8,419 bases of DNA from Promethearchaeia archaeon (lineage in GTDB: Archaea; Asgardarchaeota; Lokiarchaeia; Sigyniarchaeales; SOKP01), in contig JAWOFX010000173.1 of NCBI GenBank assembly GCA_046497275.1, positions 1 through 8,419 of the forward strand, given 5' to 3'. The stretch's first letter is position 1, and every line of letters starts with the position of its first letter. Position numbers and translations under genes: made by a program. The notes beneath the pieces are model-generated. The model was not told where the DNA came from. It ran no database searches and saw only the letters and a list, made by a program, of their open reading frames with translations. Below, piece after piece: positions 1-5,457 of the stretch.

Positions 1-231
1 TCAGACCCGATAACTATAAATGATAATCCTCTTGAGAAAAATGAAAATAATATTAATCAAAAGTCGAATGTTCGACCGAATCCTCAAGAAACCCCAATGA
101 ATCCATCCAATCAATACAGAGAAAGAAGCTTAAAAGAGATTTATGAAGATTTTTGGGATTTTATCGATAATGATAATGAAATATTTATGGAATTCATAAT
201 AAACGACGAGCGAAGAAAATTTGAATTTTAG
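1..231 (+). CDS. 3' end of a hypothetical protein (5'-truncated by the window edge)
   Basis: Frame +1 is open from base 1 to TAG at 229-231 (76 aa: SDPITINDNPLEKNENNINQ...ERSLKEIYEDFWDFIDNDNEIFMEFIINDERRKFEF*). It is absent from the ORF track and no family was recognised. Confidence 0.6.
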   Translation, partial: SDPITINDNPLEKNENNINQKSNVRPNPQETPMNPSNQYRERSLKEIYEDFWDFIDNDNEIFMEFIINDERRKFEF

Positions 232-494
232 GAAGAACTATTATTTTTAAAATGAGAGCATAGGAAAATCAGCTTATTTGATAAATTCTAAACCAATTAA
301 TTTTTTAATTTTTTCCGCATAATCAATTTTGATTTAATTTCTATTTCTTTTATAATTTAATAATTTGGAGGGGTTTCTGAATTTAGATATTAACCTATTA
401 TAAAAAAATTTAGATCCTTTAGTACAGAGGAAATTAAAGACAGATAAAAAATGATTAAAACTAGAAAGAAAATAATAATTATATACAATATCAA

Positions 495-1364
495 ATGATA
501 GATTTAAAATTAGCTGAAATCATTGGAATTGCTTTAGGAGATGGAAGTATCCCTAGAAATAAATCAAGAATAAGAATCACCTTAAATAAATCCGAAGAAC
601 CCCAATATACTCGAAAAGTATATAAATTATTATTCGATGTTTTAGGAAAAAAACCAACTATATATGAACCAAAAGATGCAAATGCAATCAAATTAACTGT
701 ATCGGGTAAAACAATTGTAGAAAAATTGATTAAAAAGGGACTTCAACCTGGTGATAAAAAAGTTAATCAAGTGAAAGTTCCTGATTGGATAAAAATGAAT
801 AATAATTTTGTTAAGAATTGTCTAAGAGGATTAACAGATACCGACGGATCTATTCATGTACATAAATCATATAAAAGGATTCGTGTTGGTTTTAAGAATG
901 CCTCAAAACCATTAATGAAAGATTTCAAGGAAATGTGCGAAATTCTCAATATTCAAACAGGAAGTATTTTTCCTTCAAAGGGGCAAGATACTTATCAACT
1001 GCATATAGAGAGTAAAAAACAAGTCGTCAAATTTATTAATAAAGTCGAACCAAGAAAATGGGCTTATAGAGCTGAAACAATCGGATTAGTTTTAATTTCA
1101 ATCAAAGAATCTCGAAAATGGAGGAAAGTTAAAACTGAATTATTAAAACAATATCCATATGGAAAAGTCCATTATGATAAAGATTACAAGAATTATATAA
1201 AGTATTTATGTAAAAAAAATTGTTATGATATTAGTAGTGAAGCTATAAAATTAGAACTTCTTTATGCTTTAACCTATAGAGATAATTGCAAGGGAATCTC
1301 TAAGAAAATAATAGAAGAAAATAATCAGTTAGCTAAAACAATTATTAATAAGCTAAAATTTTAA
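495..1364 (+). CDS. Free-standing double-motif LAGLIDADG (DOD) homing-endonuclease-like protein, 289 aa
   Basis: Motif 1 LAEIIGIALGDGSI (aa 6-19) and motif 2 CLRGLTDTDGSI (aa 109-120) each keep the acidic residue before G. The GDKK...VPDWI linker is typical of intein-type DOD endonucleases. There are no intein splicing termini (no N-terminal Cys/Ser, no C-terminal HN). Confidence 0.9.
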   Translation: MIDLKLAEIIGIALGDGSIPRNKSRIRITLNKSEEPQYTRKVYKLLFDVLGKKPTIYEPKDANAIKLTVSGKTIVEKLIKKGLQPGDKKVNQVKVPDWIKMNNNFVKNCLRGLTDTDGSIHVHKSYKRIRVGFKNASKPLMKDFKEMCEILNIQTGSIFPSKGQDTYQLHIESKKQVVKFINKVEPRKWAYRAETIGLVLISIKESRKWRKVKTELLKQYPYGKVHYDKDYKNYIKYLCKKNCYDISSEAIKLELLYALTYRDNCKGISKKIIEENNQLAKTIINKLKF

Positions 1365-1381
1365 TATGCCAAGGGTGGGAT

Positions 1382-1411
1382 TTGTTCCAATTAGAATAAG
1401 TTTCTAATTCA
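1382..1411 (-). other. tRNA-Phe intron 3, T-loop position 58/59, 30 nt
   Basis: TGAATTAGAAACTTATTCTAATTGGAACAA. Perfect central helix GTTC/GAAC, bulges AA|T and AA|A, and an 8-bp internal hairpin AATTAGAA/TTCTAATT. Removal restores T-loop TTCAAAT. Confidence 0.92.
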
Positions 1412-1439
1412 TTGAACCCACGATGCCCAGATCTTCAGT

Positions 1440-1468
1440 TTCACCATATCTCAAGTTTTCGAGACATA
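1440..1468 (-). other. tRNA-Phe intron 2, anticodon stem position 30/31, 29 nt
   Basis: TATGTCTCGAAAACTTGAGATATGGTGAA. Perfect central helix CACC/GGTG, bulges AG|T and AA|A, and a 9-bp internal hairpin ATGTCTCGA/TTGAGATAT with two G-U pairs. Confidence 0.92.
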
Positions 1469-1479
1469 CTGGTGCGTTC

Positions 1480-1509
1480 TTACCCATAATTGGGTAATCC
1501 AAGAGTATT
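1480..1509 (-). other. tRNA-Phe intron 1, D-loop position 19/20, 30 nt
   Basis: AATACTCTTGGATTACCCAATTATGGGTAA. Central helix GCCC/GGGT, bulges GG|A and AA|G, internal ATA/TAT and TTGG/CCAA pairs. Removal restores the archaeal Phe-type D-loop AGCCCGGGA. The outer junction has an A-A mismatch (relaxed BHB). Confidence 0.85.
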
Positions 1510-1750
1510 CCGGGCTACGCCACCTTGGCAACGTTGTTTTATCTTATTTAGTGTATCTTAGATATTCATTTCTTATAAATAAGATATCTTTTAAAATCAA
1601 GAATATGTTATAAATTTTTTTGGTAGATATGATGGTCCTTTGAGCATTAATTTTTAATAAAATTTCAACCTTTTTTATATTCAATTGTGTTCTAAAACTA
1701 ATTATTGGACTCAAATTGTTTATTATATATTAAAAAATAGTATCTTTACA

Positions 1751-1756
1751 GGGTGA
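1751..1756 (+). promoter_or_regulatory. Shine-Dalgarno-like site for the 1765 CDS
   Basis: GGGTGA lies 8 nt before the ATG at 1765 and matches the archaeal GGTGA-type SD. Confidence 0.6.
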
Positions 1757-1764
1757 AATAAAAT

Positions 1765-2334
1765 ATGAAAGATGATGAAAAGACCCGAAAGAGAGGTGTA
1801 AAAGAGAGAAAATCAAAATTCTCATTATATAATATTCTCTTAACAGGTATTCAGACATTCTTATTTATTAGTCAGCTTATAATGTTCTTCCTCCTTCAAT
1901 ATGAGATTTGGTCATGGATTTTATTCTATTTGGGTTTTATTTGTTGGGGAATTAGCGTTTATTTAGGTTTTATACCCTTTTATATCTTTAAAAAAGAGGG
2001 AGAAGTTGAAAAAGGTAAAAGTTATGTGCATACGAATAAAGTAGTAACTAAGGGACCCTATTCCTTGATTAGGCATCCTCAATATTTAGCAGGTATTTTT
2101 CTATCAATAGGAATAACTTTATTGACTCAAACACTACTTCATTTCATTATAACAATCCTAATAATAGTTCTAACATATCTATGGACAATCCAAGAAGATA
2201 AAATGCTCATAAATAAATTTGGTCAAGATTACATAGAATATAAAGAGAATGTTACCCGATTAAATCCATTATACGGGATTTATAAATATTTTGTCAAGAG
2301 AAAACATCTCAAAACAGACAATATGATAAATTGA
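1765..2334 (+). CDS. Isoprenylcysteine carboxyl methyltransferase / PEMT-family membrane methyltransferase
   Basis: Hydrophobic TM segments, the signature VVTKGPYSLIRHPQYL, and the C-terminal EDKMLINKFGQDYIEYKENVTRLNP motif. Confidence 0.85.
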   Translation: MKDDEKTRKRGVKERKSKFSLYNILLTGIQTFLFISQLIMFFLLQYEIWSWILFYLGFICWGISVYLGFIPFYIFKKEGEVEKGKSYVHTNKVVTKGPYSLIRHPQYLAGIFLSIGITLLTQTLLHFIITILIIVLTYLWTIQEDKMLINKFGQDYIEYKENVTRLNPLYGIYKYFVKRKHLKTDNMIN

Positions 2335-2342
2335 GATTAGAT

Positions 2343-2355
2343 AAAATAAAAAAAA
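2343..2355 (-). terminator. Possible oligo(T) terminator of the minus-strand repair operon
   Basis: An A-rich run on + (AAAATAAAAAAAA) reads T8-A-T4 on the minus strand, directly after the stop at 2356 in a convergent intergenic gap. Confidence 0.4.
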
Positions 2356-3126
2356 TCAATTTTGTAATATTTCATTTTTTAATTTATCTGGAAGTTTTTC
2401 ACATGCTGTTCGTAAGGTTGCTCTCGTAAATCTAACTCGATTTTTCAATAGATATTTAAAAATCACTTTTGGTTTATATTTAGAGCATGTTTTTAACATC
2501 CATCCAATCCCTTTTTGAATATATTGTTCAGAATCATTTAATAGTCGTTCAGTTAATTTATGAAGAAGGTCGATATCAAAATCTTTATGAATCATTGTAA
2601 TTTTAAGAAAAATAACCATAGAGGCTCTCCTCACCCATAAATGAGAAGATTTAGACCACTTTTCTATGATTTTATTAGCAAGATCTTTATTTCCTTTCTT
2701 TGCTAAATAAGGACCTAAAACTTTAATCATACTACTATCACAAAATGCCCACGTATCACAGTTATTTTTTAACGTTTGAAAATATAATTCGACTATATAA
2801 TCATTAAAATGTCGTTTATATCTATTTATAAAGCTAATGGCAGCCATTTTTTCATCGTGATTATGAGTATCCATGAGTAACTTGAAACCTTCGCATGCTT
2901 CCTCAAAATTGATATCATACTCATTTACTATAGATCGGACAATTTTGTCAATTTGGGATACTTTCAACCCATAAGTTATGAACTTTGGATCTGTGGGGTT
3001 GATAATCCTTTTCTCCCACTCTACTTTATCTGAATTTCTTTGTGGAGCATTTATCCTTAAATCCTCTTGGATGTTCCTAATAATCTGTTCAACTTGATGT
3101 TTACTTTCCTGATCTATTCTACTCAT
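2356..3126 (-). CDS. DNA alkylation repair protein, AlkD-like HEAT-repeat glycosylase family, 256 aa
   Basis: Motifs DTWAFCD (W-x3-D), HLWVRRAS and YIQKGIGWMLK match the AlkD-family W/D, R and W active-site positions. It overlaps the upstream gene by 4 nt (ATGA, 3126-3123). Confidence 0.85.
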   Translation of the reverse strand: MSRIDQESKHQVEQIIRNIQEDLRINAPQRNSDKVEWEKRIINPTDPKFITYGLKVSQIDKIVRSIVNEYDINFEEACEGFKLLMDTHNHDEKMAAISFINRYKRHFNDYIVELYFQTLKNNCDTWAFCDSSMIKVLGPYLAKKGNKDLANKIIEKWSKSSHLWVRRASMVIFLKITMIHKDFDIDLLHKLTERLLNDSEQYIQKGIGWMLKTCSKYKPKVIFKYLLKNRVRFTRATLRTACEKLPDKLKNEILQN

Positions 3127-4265
3127 AAAAATCTATCCAAAGTTTTTTTATCACGGTCTTTTTCTCCCTCTTTTAGGTAAGGTTTTATAAAATCAATTAT
3201 TTCCGCATCAAAATTTCGCAATTTTCTGAGTTCTCCTCTCTTATAATAATTAATAATCGATTCGTCTAAATTATTCAAATAGAGTCCCGCCCATTTCATT
3301 TTACTATTCGGATTACCAAGAATTGAGTTTTTATATTCTTCATTCAATAATATCTCAGCAATCTTATAATTCCATTTACGATAATCTGAAGGAATCCATC
3401 GTTTAACTCGAATTTCTATATTATATTTCTTGCATAAATTGAACAACTTTATATTCATTTTCTTAATGTATTTTGTTAATTCGTTTTTATCCGAATTTTC
3501 TCTATAAAGGTTTAATAAAGGCTTTACAATGTTTCTATATTTACTATTTTTTAGCTTATGAATGAAAAATTCTTTTTGAGAATCTCTTAATGTTAATCCC
3601 GGAGCAAATAAGATAAAATCCGCACCTGCTTTCTTTGAATTTTTAATTACGTCCTCTAATTTCTGATCATCATCTTCTAAAAAAGGAATAATCGGCATGA
3701 AATAAGTACCTACTTGTATTTCTGGAGCTTTTTCCTTTATTTCGCTTAATGCTTTTACTCTCATCCTTGGAGGAGAAGAATTTGGTTCTAAAAATTGAGC
3801 GAGTTCATTATCCATTGTAGAAACAGAAAAACCAATAGTGGCCCAAGTGTCTTTCGCAATCTTTCGGAATAAATCTAAATCTCTTACAACTAAATTAGAT
3901 TTAGTAGCTAAATTAACAGGAAATTGGTATTTTGCAATTACTTTTAGCAATTTTCGAGTATTTTTAACTTCTTTTTCAATTGGTTGATAAGCGTCACACA
4001 CGCCCCCTGGTCCAATTACATCTGGCAATAAAGACTTTGAATTTTTTATAGTATTTTCGAGCTTCTTAGCAAAACCTTTTTTTATTATAATATCCTCTTC
4101 AAAATTCTGAGTAAGGTAATATCTCTGACTTCTTGCATCACAGTATATACACACATGTTCACATCCTGAATAAGGATTAGAAGTGTATCTCGCCCAAAAC
4201 CAAGAATCTGGAAATTTTAATTTGTTTAAAGCTGTTTTATATTCCTTATAGATATAATTGACCAT
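3123..4265 (-). CDS. Radical SAM protein, SplB/spore-photoproduct-lyase-like DNA repair family, 380 aa
   Basis: NPYSGCEHVCIYCDAR contains the CxxxCxxC motif (aa 35-42). CDAYQPIE, TKSNLVVRDLDL and EPNSSPPRMR are family-typical segments. A C-terminal helical extension follows. Confidence 0.88.
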   Translation of the reverse strand: MVNYIYKEYKTALNKLKFPDSWFWARYTSNPYSGCEHVCIYCDARSQRYYLTQNFEEDIIIKKGFAKKLENTIKNSKSLLPDVIGPGGVCDAYQPIEKEVKNTRKLLKVIAKYQFPVNLATKSNLVVRDLDLFRKIAKDTWATIGFSVSTMDNELAQFLEPNSSPPRMRVKALSEIKEKAPEIQVGTYFMPIIPFLEDDDQKLEDVIKNSKKAGADFILFAPGLTLRDSQKEFFIHKLKNSKYRNIVKPLLNLYRENSDKNELTKYIKKMNIKLFNLCKKYNIEIRVKRWIPSDYRKWNYKIAEILLNEEYKNSILGNPNSKMKWAGLYLNNLDESIINYYKRGELRKLRNFDAEIIDFIKPYLKEGEKDRDKKTLDRFL

Positions 4266-4442
4266 TAATAGTCAAACTAAGAATGTATTTATTTAATTTG
4301 TTTTGATGAGATAATTTTCATTGAACTATCATCATAATGATTTCTTATTTTATTATTATTGCTTATAAGTAGTAAGGTAAGTTCTTAATTTTAATTATAA
4401 ATTGAGGTAAATTTGAATAAAGAATCATTGAGAACATAAAAG

Positions 4443-4542
4443 TGCGCCCGCCGGGATTCGAACCCGGGTCGCTGGCTTGGAAGGCCAGAATACTACCATT
4501 TTACAATGAAAGAAAATCTTTCAATTTCTATACAACGAGCGC
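4443..4542 (-). tRNA. tRNA-Gly: tRNA-Gly(TCC) with one D-loop intron; exons 4542-4527 and 4499-4443
   Basis: Joined exons read GCGCTCG TT GTAT AGAATGGTA GTAT T CTGGC CTTCCAA GCCAG CGAC CCGGG TTCGAAT CCCGG CGGGCGC A (73 nt). Anticodon TCC is at 4481-4479. CCA is not encoded. Confidence 0.93.
4500..4526 (-). other. tRNA-Gly intron, about position 16/17, 27 nt (boundary slightly ambiguous because of A-runs)
   Basis: AATTGAAAGATTTTCTTTCATTGTAAA. Internal hairpin TGAAAGA/TCTTTCA, central helix TATA/TGTA, bulges GA|A and AA|A. Confidence 0.75.
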
Positions 4543-4679
4543 AATTCATTTTAATTTTGATCTAAAACGATATGATCTTAAAATAAACATTTCTTTTATT
4601 TTTACTGCTTTTCTCAGTAGAAAATCTTTTATAGGCTTAAGATGATATAGATAAAAGAGAAAAAACATTTGAATACCAC

Positions 4680-5399
4680 ATGAATGATAAAATCAGATTA
4701 GGTATCCTAAGTCTACTTATGATGATCTCTGGAGTTTTGCATTTAATCGCCGGATTCTTATCCATTGGACTATTAGAATTATCTGTAACCTTGATAATTT
4801 TCACTTGCTTTTTCCTTCCTTTGTCATTTCTTCTCATAATTCAAATTAGGAAAAATTCTTTTACAGAAAAAGAAAATATAGTCATTATGTCCACAACGGT
4901 ATCGTTTCTAAATATTTTAATGCTCTTTACCCAAATTTTGATTAATTCTCCCCAAAATCGTTATTACATATATCTCATCTTGATCGTTTTAATGGCTATC
5001 GATATAATCAATTTTTCACTTGTGTTTGAATTTAAGAGTAGAATTGAACAAATGGATTTTAATGATAAATTGAATTATTTCTGTCTGGTAGTTATACGTG
5101 GATTAGGGATTAGCCTTATTTTTAATACTTTAACATGGATCGGATATCCTCCGAATCCTAATTTATTGATGATTCTTTATGTAGTCTTGTTTGGGAGTTT
5201 ATATTTGCTAAATGGGTATTTTTTATTTCTAAAGAAAAAGAAAATAATAATTGATATTGAAGTTTTAATTCTTTTATTTTCCGCCCTAATTATTGGATTA
5301 TTGCTATATTCTTATTTTCCTCATCCAAATATATTAATAAGTGCGTTTCTATATATCCTTGTTATCCCAATGATAATTTATAAAATAAAAATTAAGTAA
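4680..5399 (+). CDS. Hypothetical multi-pass membrane protein, 239 aa
   Basis: About 7-8 hydrophobic segments separated by short charged loops. No family motif was recognised. Confidence 0.75.
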   Translation: MNDKIRLGILSLLMMISGVLHLIAGFLSIGLLELSVTLIIFTCFFLPLSFLLIIQIRKNSFTEKENIVIMSTTVSFLNILMLFTQILINSPQNRYYIYLILIVLMAIDIINFSLVFEFKSRIEQMDFNDKLNYFCLVVIRGLGISLIFNTLTWIGYPPNPNLLMILYVVLFGSLYLLNGYFLFLKKKKIIIDIEVLILLFSALIIGLLLYSYFPHPNILISAFLYILVIPMIIYKIKIK

Positions 5400-5457
5400 T
5401 AATTAATAAGAATGAATTAAAATATTCATTTAATGAAATATACACGTCCTATCTATT

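Larger units (their letters stand above)
1367..1529 (-). tRNA. tRNA-Phe: tRNA-Phe(GAA) interrupted by three introns; exons 1529-1510, 1479-1469, 1439-1412, 1381-1367
   Basis: Joined exons read GCCAAGG TG GCGT AGCCCGGGA ACGC A CCAGA CTGAAGA TCTGG GCATC GTGGG TTCAAAT CCCAC CCTTGGC A (74 nt). Acceptor, D, anticodon and T stems are all Watson-Crick paired. Anticodon GAA is at 1436-1434, with G37 and discriminator A73. CCA is not encoded. Confidence 0.95.

Noticed and set aside
229-252. Possible TAG read-through of the first ORF
   Set aside because: The frame closes again after seven codons, and there is no pyrrolysine-related evidence in the window.
491-691. 66-aa minus-strand ORF in the track
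   Set aside because: It is antisense to the well-supported LAGLIDADG gene and has no recognisable motif.
495-1364. LAGLIDADG ORF as part of an intein or inside an RNA intron
   Set aside because: There are no Hint/splicing residues and an in-frame stop lies just upstream (462-464). The adjacent tRNA is complete, on the opposite strand and outside the ORF. No flanking split exons were found.
1367-1529. Reading the tRNA-Phe region as a degenerate pseudogene, split-tRNA halves or an att remnant
   Set aside because: All four exons are collinear and give a perfectly paired 74-nt cloverleaf, with BHB-type motifs at each junction.
1540-1586. 11-bp inverted repeat TATCTTATTTA / TAAATAAGATA upstream of tRNA-Phe
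   Set aside because: It is very AT-rich with a 25-nt spacer. A rough estimate suggests one such repeat can arise by chance in a window of this size and composition.
1530-4442. Genes between the two tRNAs as an integrated island at tRNA-Gly
   Set aside because: I found no duplicate of the tRNA-Gly 3' end, no integrase and no obvious compositional shift.
4442-4645. 67-aa plus-strand ORF (MRPPGFEPGSLAWKA...)
   Set aside because: It is the antisense reading of tRNA-Gly. This kind of peptide is a typical tRNA shadow ORF.
4637-4837. 66-aa minus-strand ORF
   Set aside because: It is antisense to the 239-aa membrane protein and has no motif.
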